Origin: an uncultured Actinomycetes bacterium
Lineage (GTDB): Bacteria > Actinomycetota > Acidimicrobiia > IMCC26256 > JBBRZM01
Direction: 5' to 3'
DNA length: 64,000 bases
NCBI GenBank assembly: GCA_963813635.1
Contig: CAWEZO010000011.1
Span: 15,941-79,940 of the forward strand
Positions 48,407 to 58,448 of the stretch are shown piece by piece (the first letter of the stretch is position 1; each line of letters starts with the position of its first letter). Under the pieces are notes generated by a model. It searched no databases and was not told where the DNA came from. It saw only the letters and a list, made by a program, of their open reading frames with translations. Both the position numbers and the translations under genes were made by a program.

Positions 48407-48811
48407 CTACTCCTCGACGAGCTCGATGAGGGTGCCGAAGGCGGTCTTCGGGTGCACGAACGCGACGGTTGTGCCGCGGCTCCCGGGGCGCGGCGCCTCG
48501 TCGATCACCTTGTGGCCCTGCGCCTTCACCCGTTCGAGTGCCGCTGCGCAGTCGTCGACCCGGTAGCCGATGTGGTGCAGCCCCTCGCCCCGCTTCTCGA
48601 GGTACTTCGCGACCGGTGAATCGGGCCGAGTCGGGGTGAGGAGCTGCACGTAGGAGTCGGCGACGCGCAGGAGCGCCTCTTCGACGCCGTCGCTCTCGAC
48701 CACCTCGCGATGCGCGACTTCGACGCCGAAGGTGTCGCGGTAGTACGCGATCGCCGCTTCGAGGTCGTTGACGGCGATGGCAACGTGGTCGATCTCGGTG
48801 AGCTCGCTCAT
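48407..48811 (-). CDS. mce: Methylmalonyl/ethylmalonyl-CoA epimerase (VOC/glyoxalase fold)
   Basis: 134-aa ORF. IDHVAIAVNDLEAAIAYY and GLHHIGYRVDD. The start overlaps the ccr stop (ATGA). Confidence 0.8.
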   Translation of the reverse strand: MSELTEIDHVAIAVNDLEAAIAYYRDTFGVEVAHREVVESDGVEEALLRVADSYVQLLTPTRPDSPVAKYLEKRGEGLHHIGYRVDDCAAALERVKAQGHKVIDEAPRPGSRGTTVAFVHPKTAFGTLIELVEE

Positions 48812-50151
48812 GCGTGACGCCGGAACAACGTGATCTCCGGGAGCAGCCGCTCACGCATCTCCGCGTCGGTGACACCGAGGCCCTCTTCGGGCGCGAGGCA
48901 AAGGATCCCGAGCTTCCCCTCGTGCTGGTTGTGGTGCACCTGGTACGCGGCTTCGGCGGTGTCGTCGAGCGAGAACACCTGCGACAGGGTCGGGTGAATC
49001 TTGCCTTCCGCGATGAGGCGGTTCGCCTCCCAGGCCTCGCGGTAGTTCGCGAAGTGGCAACCCTTGAGGGTCTTCAGGTTCATCCAGAGGTACCGGTTGT
49101 CGTACTCGATCACGAAGCCCGACGTCGCCGCGCAGGTGATGATCATCCCGCCGCGCTTCGCGACGAACACCGATGCGCCCATCGTCTGACGCCCGGGGTG
49201 CTCGAACACGATGTCGGGGTCGGTGCCGGCGAGCTCGCGGATCTTCTTGCCGAACCGCCGCCACTCGCCCGGGTCCTGGGTGGTGTCGTCGCTCCAGAAC
49301 CGGTAGCCCTCGGCTTTGCGGTCGATCACGTGCTCGACACCCATCTCGTGCAGCAGCGCGGCACGTTCGGGTGAGGACACCACACCGACCGGCGTGCCGC
49401 CGCCGTTGAGCACGTACTGACACGCATAGGCGCCGATGCCGCCGCTCGCACCCCACACCAGCACGGTCTGACCCTGGGTCATCTGTGACCCGTTGGGGCT
49501 CACGATCATGCGGTAGCTCGTGGAGTTGGTGAGCGCGTTGACCGCGGCCTCTTCCCACGTCAGGTGCGCGGGCTTCGGCATCAGCTGATTCGCCTTCACG
49601 ACGGCGATCTCTGCGAGCCCGCCGAAGTTGGACTCGAAACCCCAGATGCGTTGGTTGGCCGCCAGCATCGAGTCGTCGTGTGACGACGGGTCTTGGTCGT
49701 CGACGTAGTTGCAGTGCACGGTGACCGCGGCACCGGGCTTCCAGTTGCGCACTGCGGAGCCGACGCGCAGCACCACGCCCGACGCGTCGCTGCCCATCAC
49801 GTGGTACGGCAGATCGTGGCGCGCGCCCCAGACGCTCTCCTTGCCGAGGCGCTTGAGGAACGCGAACGTCGGGAGCGGCTCGAAGATCGACGTCCACACG
49901 GTGTTGAAGTTGATCGAGCTCGCCATCACGGCGACGTACGCCTCGTCGGGTGCGAGCTCGGGCAGGGGCACGTCGTCGATGTGAGTCGACTTGCGCGGGT
50001 CCTTCTCGGGTGATGCAAGCCCGGCGAACATCTCCTGCTCGTCGGCCCGCACCACGGCTCCCCGGAACGACTGGGGCAGCTCGAGCGCGCCGATCTCGTC
50101 GGGGGGTGCACCTTGGACGATCGCGGCACGGATGGCGTCAGTCTGTGTCAT
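48808..50151 (-). CDS. ccr: Crotonyl-CoA carboxylase/reductase
   Basis: Start set to ATG 50151 (MTQTDAIRAAI). Motifs LPELAPDEAYVAVMASSINFNTVW, VLVWGASGGIGAYACQ, IHPTLSQVF. About 447 aa. Confidence 0.85.
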   Translation of the reverse strand: MTQTDAIRAAIVQGAPPDEIGALELPQSFRGAVVRADEQEMFAGLASPEKDPRKSTHIDDVPLPELAPDEAYVAVMASSINFNTVWTSIFEPLPTFAFLKRLGKESVWGARHDLPYHVMGSDASGVVLRVGSAVRNWKPGAAVTVHCNYVDDQDPSSHDDSMLAANQRIWGFESNFGGLAEIAVVKANQLMPKPAHLTWEEAAVNALTNSTSYRMIVSPNGSQMTQGQTVLVWGASGGIGAYACQYVLNGGGTPVGVVSSPERAALLHEMGVEHVIDRKAEGYRFWSDDTTQDPGEWRRFGKKIRELAGTDPDIVFEHPGRQTMGASVFVAKRGGMIITCAATSGFVIEYDNRYLWMNLKTLKGCHFANYREAWEANRLIAEGKIHPTLSQVFSLDDTAEAAYQVHHNQHEGKLGILCLAPEEGLGVTDAEMRERLLPEITLFRRHA

Positions 50152-50293
50152 GCCGTCGACGCTACCGGTCGGCTCGTTCAACGAACCAGCCCGGTTGCGG
50201 GCGCTCAATCCCGGCGAAGCGGACTCGTTGGCTCGTGCGCTGCTCCATTATCATCGGGCCAAAGCTACGTTTGCTGCTCGTATTGGAGGCCCC

Positions 50294-51479
50294 ATGCCCG
50301 GCTCCGTGATCTTGTCGTCCGCCCGCACGCCGATCGGCAAGCTCGCCGGCGCGCTGGCCTCGTTCAGCGCCATGGATCTCGGCGCCTTCGCCATCAAGGC
50401 CGCGCTCGAGCGGGCCGGGGTGTCGCCCGAGCAGATCGACTACGTGATCATGGGCCACGTCATCCAGGCCGGGCAGGGCCAGATCACCGCCCGCCAGGCA
50501 GCGGAGCAGGCCGGCATCCCGATGACCGTGCCCGCCCTCACCGTCAACAAGGTGTGTCTCTCGGGCATCAACTCGATCTACCTCGCGGACCAGATGATCC
50601 AGGCGGGTGAGGCCGAGATCGTGGTCGCCGGCGGCATGGAGTCGATGACCAATGCGCCGTACCTCCTTCCCGGCGCGCGCAGCGGTTACCGCATGGGCAA
50701 CGACGAAGTGGTCGACTCGCTGATCCACGACTCGCTGTGGTGCGCCTTCGACGCCATGCACATGGGTACCGGCACCCAGCAGTACACGGGCCAGGTCGGC
50801 GACATCACCCGCGAAGCGCAGGACGACCTCGCGGCGAAGAGCCACGAGCGCGCCGCGGCCGGCATCAAGGAAGGGCGCTTCAGCGAGGAGATCACGCCGG
50901 TTTCCGTTGCGCAGCGCAAGGGCGATCCACTCATCGTCGACACCGACGAGGGCGTGCGCCCCGGCACCACCACCGAGTCGCTCGGCAAGCTGCGCCCCGC
51001 GTTCTCGAAGGACGGCACGATCACTGCCGGGAACGCGTCGCAGATCTCCGACGGCGGTGCCGCCGTCATCGTGACGACGCCGCGAGAAGGCCGAGGAGAT
51101 CGGCACCGCGCCGATCGCCGAGCTCGTGAGCTTCGGCATGGTCGCGGGGCCCGATCCTTCGTTGCTCACGCAGCCTTCGCGGGCGATCAAGCAGGCACTC
51201 GCGAAGAGCGACCTCTCCATCTCCGACATCGACCTCTTCGAGCTCAACGAGGCGTTCGCCGCGGTGGGGCTCGCGTCGATGAGCGACCTCGGGCTCACCG
51301 ACGACATCGTCAATGTGAACGGCGGTGCCATCGCGCTCGGTCACCCGGTCGGCATGTCGGGCACGCGCGTCGTCGCGCACGTGATCAACGAGCTTCGGCG
51401 ACGCGGCGGCGGACTCGGCGCAGCCGCATTGTGCGGCGGCGGCGGTCAGGGTGACGCCGCGATCGTGCGCACGCTCTAG
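50294..51479 (+). CDS. Acetyl-CoA acetyltransferase (thiolase); apparent frameshift near 51077-51081
   Basis: Start set to ATG 50294 after [15 protein letters not shown] (active Cys). ...GGAAVIVTT then continues as [26 protein letters not shown] in the frame of ORF 51126..51479, which carries [15 protein letters not shown] and CGGGGQG. Confidence 0.9.
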
Positions 51480-51554
51480 TCGAAACACGTCCAAGACGAC
51501 CGCGCGAACGCGCGGTCGCGCGGAGCACCAGAAACCGTGGCTTAAGGTTTCTCG

Positions 51555-52592
51555 GTGACCATGTACCCCCCACCGCCGACGGCGCCGAACCCGTACGCGC
51601 CGCAGCTGCGTCCGCTGGGTATCGGCGAGACACTCGACGCGGCCATCAAGATCTTCATCCGCAACTTCAAGGCGTTGGTGATCTGCGCCGCGGTCGTCGT
51701 CGTCCCGTTGCAGATCCTTGCCGCGTTCGTGCGGCTGTCGGCGCTCACCGACGCCACCACCACGACGACAACGAGCGGCGCGACAACAACCACCGTGGAC
51801 ACCGGGGCACTCGGTCTGCAACTCGCAGCGTTGCTCGTGACGACTGCCGTGCTCTTTCTTGCGCAGTTTCTGGCGACGGCCGTGTGCATGAAGGCCTCGA
51901 GCGACGCCTACCTCGGGCAGAAGGCCAGTGCCTCGTCGTCATTGCGGTTCGCGGCGCGGCGGCTTCCTTCGCTGCTGTTGCTCGGGTTGCTCGTTTGGGT
52001 GCCGATCTATATCGGACTCGGACTGTGTCTCGCGCCCGGGCTGTGGCTGCTCGCCTCCTGGGCGGTTGCGGTGCCCGCGTTGCTGATCGAAGGCGCCCGC
52101 GGTACCAAGGCGATCGGACGCTCATGGGCGCTGGTGCAAGGGCGACGCTGGCCCATCCTCGGCGTGCTGCTGCTCGCGTATCTCCTGTCATCTGTTCTCA
52201 GCAGCATCCTCGGCGTGGGGGTGCTGGGAGCCAGCGGCTTCGATACGAACTCGGCCACGTACGTCGTGCTGAGCACCATCTCCAGCGTCGTCACGACGTC
52301 GCTCACGGTGCCCGTGTACGCCACGATTGTCGCGTTGATCTACTTCGACCTGCGCGTGCGTCACGAAGGGTTCGACCTCGCCCTGCTTGCGCAACACGTC
52401 GGAGTCGCGACTCCCCCCGGCGGGTTTGCCGGGGGGCCCGGGGCGGCTCCGGTCCAGGGGTGGAATGCGCCACCGCAATGGGGCGCACCCCTCGCGCCGG
52501 CACCGTGGAATCCACCGTCCGGCGCGTCGCCGTGGAGCGACACACCACCGGCACCGCCGCCCGATCCGGGCGACCACCCACCTGCCGGGTGA
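51555..52592 (+). CDS. Multi-TM protein with Pro-rich termini (glycerophosphodiester-phosphodiesterase-membrane-domain-like); first gene of the MoxR module
   Basis: 345-aa ORF. N-terminal MTMYPPPPTAPNPYAPQ, six or more hydrophobic helices, YFDLRVRHEGFDL, and a Pro/Trp-rich tail. Confidence 0.5.
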   Translation: MTMYPPPPTAPNPYAPQLRPLGIGETLDAAIKIFIRNFKALVICAAVVVVPLQILAAFVRLSALTDATTTTTTSGATTTTVDTGALGLQLAALLVTTAVLFLAQFLATAVCMKASSDAYLGQKASASSSLRFAARRLPSLLLLGLLVWVPIYIGLGLCLAPGLWLLASWAVAVPALLIEGARGTKAIGRSWALVQGRRWPILGVLLLAYLLSSVLSSILGVGVLGASGFDTNSATYVVLSTISSVVTTSLTVPVYATIVALIYFDLRVRHEGFDLALLAQHVGVATPPGGFAGGPGAAPVQGWNAPPQWGAPLAPAPWNPPSGASPWSDTPPAPPPDPGDHPPAG

Positions 52593-53215
52593 TCGCGCTC
52601 GCTGCGGCTCCATCGGCCGCCGTCGACCCCTCGGGCGCGCGGGACCGGGCGCGCCGGATCCTGAGCAACCACCGATATCAGCCGGCGAAGCTGCCGCGAC
52701 CGTTCAAGGGTCCGCTGCAGTGGATCGCCGACCGGCTCGACGGTCTCAGCCCAGTGTGGGATGCACTCGCGCGGTTCTTTGCGTCGCCACTCGGATGGGT
52801 GGTCGCGATCCTGGTCGCGGGAGCCGTTGCGGCGTGGGTCGCGACGAGGATCGCGTCTCGGCCCGGGGTGGGGCCCGCCGCAACCGGCAATGCTGCCGAC
52901 GACGCTCTCGCCGGGCTCGATGCCGACGCACTGGAGCGCGCGGCCGCCGATGCCGAGAAGAGCGGTGATCTCGACCTCGCGCTCCGCCTGCGTTTCCGGG
53001 CCGGGCTGTTGCGGCTCGACGCAGCGGGGGTCATCGAGCTCCGCCCGTCGCTCACGAGCGGGCAGGCTGCTCGCCGCCTTCGTCTCCGCACGTTCGACGA
53101 GCTTGCGATGGCGTTCGACGCCGTCACGTACGGGGGCCGCCCCGCGACGAAGCCCGACACCGACGCGGCGCGAACCGAGTGGCCGCACGTCGTGGCCGAG
53201 GCGTCCGCGAAATGA
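52589..53215 (+). CDS. DUF4129-like protein
   Basis: GTG 52589 overlaps the upstream stop (GTGA). One TM (LGWVVAILVAGAVAAWV). The C-terminal LALRLRFRAGLLRLDAAGVIELRPSLTSGQAARRL is the pattern I associate with DUF4129. Confidence 0.55.
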   Translation: MIALAAAPSAAVDPSGARDRARRILSNHRYQPAKLPRPFKGPLQWIADRLDGLSPVWDALARFFASPLGWVVAILVAGAVAAWVATRIASRPGVGPAATGNAADDALAGLDADALERAAADAEKSGDLDLALRLRFRAGLLRLDAAGVIELRPSLTSGQAARRLRLRTFDELAMAFDAVTYGGRPATKPDTDAARTEWPHVVAEASAK

Positions 53216-54393
53216 GCACGCCGGCAGCTCCTGCGACCGTCGTACCTTCATCGGGTCTCGCGGCGCGCCTGCGCGGTCTCGGGCCGATCCCACGTGCGGC
53301 GATCGTTGCGGTCGTGCTCGCCGTCATCATCGGCGTCGTGCTCAGTCTCGTTGACTCGGCCACTCGCAGCGCCGACACAACGGGCGCGCCGTCGTCGTCG
53401 CTGTCAACCGCGTCCGACGGGCTCGGCGCGTACGCCGATCTGCTCCGCCAGTACAACTTCGAGGTGGGCGACCTGCGTGGCCCGATCAAGCTCGAGCAAC
53501 TGAGGCGCAGCGACACGGTCGTGCTGCTCGACGCCGAGCACGAACCGGCGCAAGCGGAGATCAGCACGCTGCGCAGGTTCGTCCTCGCCGGCGGACGGCT
53601 CATCGCCGGCGGCGGCGAGACGAGCGTCTGGTTGCGGGAGTTGACCGGCGGTGCACCTAAGTGGTCGCCGAGAGGCACCAAGATTGCGTTTCCGGTCGGT
53701 GATCCCAGCGGGTTGGAGGGCATCAAGGTGGTGCAGGCCGCGGGCGAAGGCTCGTGGTCGGTCTGGAACGACAGCGAGGCCGCACTGCGGAACCGGGGCA
53801 TTGCCTTGATGAACACGGTGTCGTTCGGCTCGGGACAGATCGTGTACCTGGCTGACGCGTCGCCACTTCAGAACCGGCTACTCGCGAAAGCCGACAATGC
53901 GGCGCTCGGTCTCGACATCACCGGTGGGCCGGAACGATCCGTCCTCTTCGCCGAGGGGGCACACGGCTACGGCAACGCGACCGGGCTGTCGGCCGTTCCC
54001 GATCGCTGGCGCATTGCGCTCGTCGGCGGCACCCTCGCCGCGCTCCTCACGATGCTCGCGGCCGGCCGCCGGCTGGGCCCGCCGGAAGACGAGTCACGCG
54101 CATTGCCACCGCCGCGCCGCGCGTATGTCGATGCGATGGGCGTGTCGCTCGCGCGCACGGGTCAGCCGGCAGCCACGCTCGCTCCGTTACAGGACGCGGT
54201 ACGAGATCGACTTGCCGCACGCGCCGGGCTGGATGCCGGCGCCACTGACGGCGACCTCCGGGCCGCTGCTGTGCGCTTCGGCTGGCCGGCCGAAGACATC
54301 GAGGCGTTGTCCGGTCCGCTTCGTGACGAACGGACGATTCTCGCGGCCGGCCACGCGCTGGCTCGCACATCCCGTGAAGGGGGAGACCGTTGA
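53212..54393 (+). CDS. DUF4350-like protein
   Basis: ATG 53212 overlaps the upstream stop (ATGA). N-terminal TM, then [34 protein letters not shown]. Confidence 0.55.
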   Translation: MSTPAAPATVVPSSGLAARLRGLGPIPRAAIVAVVLAVIIGVVLSLVDSATRSADTTGAPSSSLSTASDGLGAYADLLRQYNFEVGDLRGPIKLEQLRRSDTVVLLDAEHEPAQAEISTLRRFVLAGGRLIAGGGETSVWLRELTGGAPKWSPRGTKIAFPVGDPSGLEGIKVVQAAGEGSWSVWNDSEAALRNRGIALMNTVSFGSGQIVYLADASPLQNRLLAKADNAALGLDITGGPERSVLFAEGAHGYGNATGLSAVPDRWRIALVGGTLAALLTMLAAGRRLGPPEDESRALPPPRRAYVDAMGVSLARTGQPAATLAPLQDAVRDRLAARAGLDAGATDGDLRAAAVRFGWPAEDIEALSGPLRDERTILAAGHALARTSREGGDR

Positions 54394-55320
54394 GAGAGCT
54401 CCGAGACCGCATCGCGCGCGAGGTGCGAAAGGTGGTCGTGGGCCAGGACGAGGTCGTCGACCTGTTGCTTGCGTCGATCGCAGTCGGCGGCCATGCGCTG
54501 CTCGAAGGCGTACCCGGCACTGCGAAGACCCTCCTCGCGCAACGCGATGTCGCGTGCACTGGGCGTCTCGTTCCATCGGGTGCAGTTCACCCCCGACATG
54601 CTGCCGTCCGACCTCATCGGCACGATGACCTTGCGCGGACAAGAGCTCGTGTTTCGGCCCGGGCCCGTCTTCAGCAGCTTGCTGCTCGCCGATGAGATCA
54701 ACCGCACGCCGCCCAAGACGCAGGCCGCGCTGCTCGAGGCGATGCAGGAAGGCCAGGTCTCGGTCGACGGAGTCTCCCATCCGCTCCCTGACCCGTTCCT
54801 TGTCGTCGCGACGCAGAACCCGATCGAGTACGAGGGCACCTACCCCCTCCCTGAAGCACAGCTCGACCGGTTCCTCGTGAAGATCGACGTGGGCTATCCG
54901 TCACCAGCCGACGAGGTCGCGGTACTGCGGCTCGCGCATCGGGGCGTGACGCCGATCACGCTCGATGACGTCGAAGCCGTCGCGAGCGCCGACGATCTGC
55001 GGGCGGCGCGTGCCGACGTCGACGCGACGACCGCGACCGACGAGGTGATCGGCTACATCTCGCAGATCGTCCGGCGCACTCGGGAGCTCCCGAGCATCGA
55101 GTTGGGAGCGAGCCCCCGCGCCACGGTGCATCTGCTCGCGGCATCGAAAGCGTCGGCGCGCCTCAGTGGACGCACGTTCGTGACACCTGACGACGTGTCG
55201 TGGATGGCCCGACCCGTCCTGCGTCATCGGCTTATACTGCGAGCCGAAGCCGAGCTCGAACGGTACAGCCCTGACGACGCGGTGCGGGCCGCGCTCGCGG
55301 CGGTGCCCGTCCCCCGATGA
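54390..55320 (+). CDS. moxR: MoxR-family AAA+ ATPase; apparent frameshift near 54536-54545
   Basis: TTG 54390 overlaps the upstream stop (TTGA). Walker [13 protein letters not shown], then [27 protein letters not shown] continues in the frame of ORF 54469..55320. Walker [31 protein letters not shown] also present. Confidence 0.9.
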
Positions 55321-55392
55321 ATATGACCGTCCTGCTCGCGCTCGTCGTCGGCGCGGGCATCGTCATCGGGCTTGCGAGCGCCGCCGATCAGT

Positions 55393-56635
55393 GTGACGCG
55401 GCGCGCCGGACTGCTGTTGCTGGCCGCGTCACTGCTCGCGCTGGTGTTCGTGCCGGAGATCGCGCTCGTGTCGGCCTTTGCGGTCGGTGCCGCGTTCGTG
55501 GTGGATGCGTTCATGATCCGGCGGGCTCCGTCGGTACGCCGCGACATGTCGACCGTCCTCTCGCGCGGCGTCGCGTCACCGGTGCGTGTGGAATCCCGCC
55601 GGTCGCCGGGCGTGCGCGTGAGGCTGCGACAACCCCAGGTACCCGATATCGCGATCGAGCCGCCCGAGGGCACCGACGTGCTCGACGCCTCTGTCATCGC
55701 CCGGCGGCGCGGGCGTCACCAGCTCCCGCCGGTCGCCACCCGCACCGACGGACCGCTTCGCCTCGCCTCGTGGTACCGGGGTCGGAGCGACGCGACCGAG
55801 CTGCTCGTGTATCCCGACCTCCCTGCGGCCCGCCGGCTCGCACTCGCGGTTCGCCAGGGTCGCTTTCGTGACCCGGGGCGGCTCACCCGCGGTCCGCTCG
55901 GGCTGGGCACCGACTTCGAGTCGATCCGCGACTACTCGCCGGATGACGACGCTCGCCAGATCAACTGGCGCGCCACGCAGCGCATGGGCCGGCCGATGAG
56001 CAACCAGTACCGCGTCGAGCAGGACCGCGAGGTCGTATGCGTCATCGACGCCGGACGCCTGATGACCGCGCCGATCGGCACGCTCACCCGCCTCGACGCG
56101 GCGCTCGACGCGGTCGCCGCGGTCGCGTTCGTGGCGGATGAGGTCGGCGACCGCTGTGGCGCCGTCGCGTTCGACAGTGCAGTGCGCCGTCGGATTTCGC
56201 CGCGCCGAAGCGGCGGCGACGCGGTCATCCGCGCCATCATTCGACCTCGAGCCCACCAAGCTCGACGCCGACTATGAGCTCGCGTTCCGAACGATCGGAG
56301 GTGGGAAGCGTGCGTTCGTGCTGGTGCTCACCGACCTCCTCGACGAGGCTGCCGCGGACGCACTGGTCGACGCGGTCCCGGTGCTCGCACGGCGGCACAT
56401 GGTCGTCATCGCGAGCGCAACCGACCCCGACCTGGCGCAACTGGTCGCGAACCCGCCGGCTTCGACAGCCGACGTCTACGCCGCGTCGGCCGCGCTCGAG
56501 GTGTTGAACGCCCGCGCCCGAGTTGCCGCACAGCTGCGCCATGCGGGTGCCCAGGTGCTCGAGGCGTCTCCGGAACGGCTTGCGACCGCGTGCGTGGGCG
56601 CGTACCTCAGGGCGAAGGCGCGGGCGCGACTGTGA
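55393..56635 (+). CDS. DUF58-family protein (MoxR partner); apparent frameshift near 56236-56245
   Basis: Start tentatively GTG 55393 (VTRRAGLLLLAASLLAL). Alternatives are TTG 55372, or ATG 55317 in another frame. Hallmark DFESIRDYSPDDDARQINWRATQR. ...GGDAVIRAI continues as FDLEPTKLDADYELAF...VLVLTDLLDE in the frame of ORF 56138..56635. Confidence 0.8.
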
Positions 56636-57639
56636 TCGGCCGCACGGGCTCCCACTCGGTAACGAGGTCGCTCGTCGGGGACGGCTCCGGCCGTTCGGCG
56701 CGGCCGCGCCACAGCACCAGGCCCCAGTAGAGGACGCCGAGCGACAACCCAACGGTGAGCACCGCCCCCAGGCCGAGGCCGGACGGGGTCACGAAGCCCT
56801 CCACGAGCCCGGCCACAACGAGCCACGGCATCGTGCCGATCACGACCTCGACCGCCGGGCGCGCCTCGGCAAAGAGGGCGTCGGCGCGCCGGCGCCGGCC
56901 GGGTGCGACCAGGGCCCAGCCCATGCGCATCCCCGCGGCGCTCGTCACGACGATGCAGGACAGCTCGAGCACGCCGTGGGCCAAGGTGAGCTGGAAGAAC
57001 GGTTTGCCGTTGCCGGCCCAGATCGACAGCCCCGTGATCGCACCGAACAACACTCCCTGGTACACGAGCATCGAGCGCGGCACCGAGCCCGGCGGCGATG
57101 CCACCCGCGAAGGTGATGAACGTGACCTGGATGTTGTGGGTGAAGATCTGACTCGCGAACGCGCTCTCCTGGTCGGGTGTCAGGCCGAGGTCGGTGCCGT
57201 GCCGGGGTCGTGTGACCGACTGATACTGCGAGGGAACGACACCGCTGGCCGCGCCAGGGTCGCGCACCGCCCAGAACGCCGTGAGCACCCACGGCCCGAA
57301 CAGCAACAGCGCCGACACCAACAACAGCGCGGGACGCTCACGCACGCGGCGCCAGTAGCCCGTCGTCACGAAGTGCACGAACGACATGCTTCGCCGTTCG
57401 CTGTCGTACACGAGCGGCCGCGCCCGACTCACGAGCCCTTCGAGCTGCGCAACGATCGGATGCCCCGGGTACTCCCGTCGCGCACGGCCGAGATCTGCCG
57501 CCGCGGCGCGATACAGGCTGCCGAGCCGCCGGACGCCATCGGGGCCGAGGCGCTCCACCCGGCGACCGGCCCCGTCGAGCAGCGCGCCGAGCTCCGCCCA
57601 TCGTTCCTGGCGTTCGGCGACGAAGCGGTCCTGGTTCAC
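56607..57639 (-). CDS. SpoIIM-like (stage II sporulation protein M family) integral membrane protein; apparent frameshift near 57085-57100
   Basis: Start set to GTG 57639 (VNQDRFVAERQERWAELGALLD). ...IFTHNIQVTFITFAGGIAAG then SVPRSMLVYQGVLFGAITGL...HGVLELSCIVV continues in the frame of ORF 56607..57104. The 3' end overlaps the DUF58 3' end by 29 nt. Confidence 0.7.
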
Positions 57640-57664
57640 GTCACCATTGTCTACCGTCTTGGCG

Positions 57665-58432
57665 ATGACCTTTGACGACCGGATGACCATCAGCACTCCC
57701 GAGGGCATCGACCTCGAAGTGGTGCTGGCCGGCCTCGGTTCCCGTTTCGCCGCCGGCGCGTTCGACACGTTCATCCAGCTGGTGCTGCTGTTCGTGTTCT
57801 CGCTCGTGTTCCTCGGCGAAAGCGGGAGCGGGCTGAGTCAGGCCGTGTTCTACGTGCTGGCGTTCATCGTGCTCTTCGGTTACTACGTCATCTTCGAGAC
57901 GCTCAACCGTGGGCGCACGCCCGGCAAGGCGATTGGAGGGCTGCGGGTCGTGCAGTCGGGCGGTCAGCCGGTGGGCTTCATGGCGAGCGCGCTTCGCACC
58001 ATCGTGCGACTGGCCGACGGGTTCATCATCCTCACGTTCTTCCTCGTGCCGGTGGGCATGGTCAGCATTCTCGCCACGAAGAAGAACCAGCGCCTCGGCG
58101 ATCTCGCTGCCGGCACGGTCGTGATCCGCGAGCCGCGGGCGCGCGCGGCGCCGATCCTCGCGCCCGCCCCGTGGATGCAACCGCCGCCCCCGTCGATGCC
58201 GCCGCCGAACGCTCCGTACATGCAGTGGGACGTCAGCGCGGTCACCAACGACGAAGAGGCCGTCATCCGCCGGTTCCTCGATCGGCGCATGACGCTCGAC
58301 CCCAACGCCCGACTGCACCTCGCAACCGATCTCGCGGCACGGTTGCACCCGAAGATCGCCGGCGCCCCCACCAACTGGTATCCGGAGGCGTTCCTCGAAG
58401 GTGTGGTCGCCGCCAAAGACGCCCGCCGCTGA
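57665..58432 (+). CDS. RDD-family membrane protein
   Basis: Start set to ATG 57665 (MTFDDRMTISTPEGIDL). RGRTPGKAIGGLRVV, NQRLGDLAAGTVVIRE, and a Pro-rich linker APAPWMQPPPPSMPPPNAPYMQW. Confidence 0.8.
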   Translation: MTFDDRMTISTPEGIDLEVVLAGLGSRFAAGAFDTFIQLVLLFVFSLVFLGESGSGLSQAVFYVLAFIVLFGYYVIFETLNRGRTPGKAIGGLRVVQSGGQPVGFMASALRTIVRLADGFIILTFFLVPVGMVSILATKKNQRLGDLAAGTVVIREPRARAAPILAPAPWMQPPPPSMPPPNAPYMQWDVSAVTNDEEAVIRRFLDRRMTLDPNARLHLATDLAARLHPKIAGAPTNWYPEAFLEGVVAAKDARR

Positions 58433-58448
58433 CGCCTAGGATCGCCCC

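Noticed and set aside
55317-55392. ATG 55317 (overlapping the moxR stop, [22 protein letters not shown]...) as the DUF58 start, requiring a further frameshift
   Set aside because: Attractive because of the ATGA coupling. However, the DUF58 frame has its own family-typical start (VTRRAGLLLLAASLLAL at GTG 55393). I cannot distinguish a 17th frameshift from a short overlapping ORF, so it is left as an alternative.
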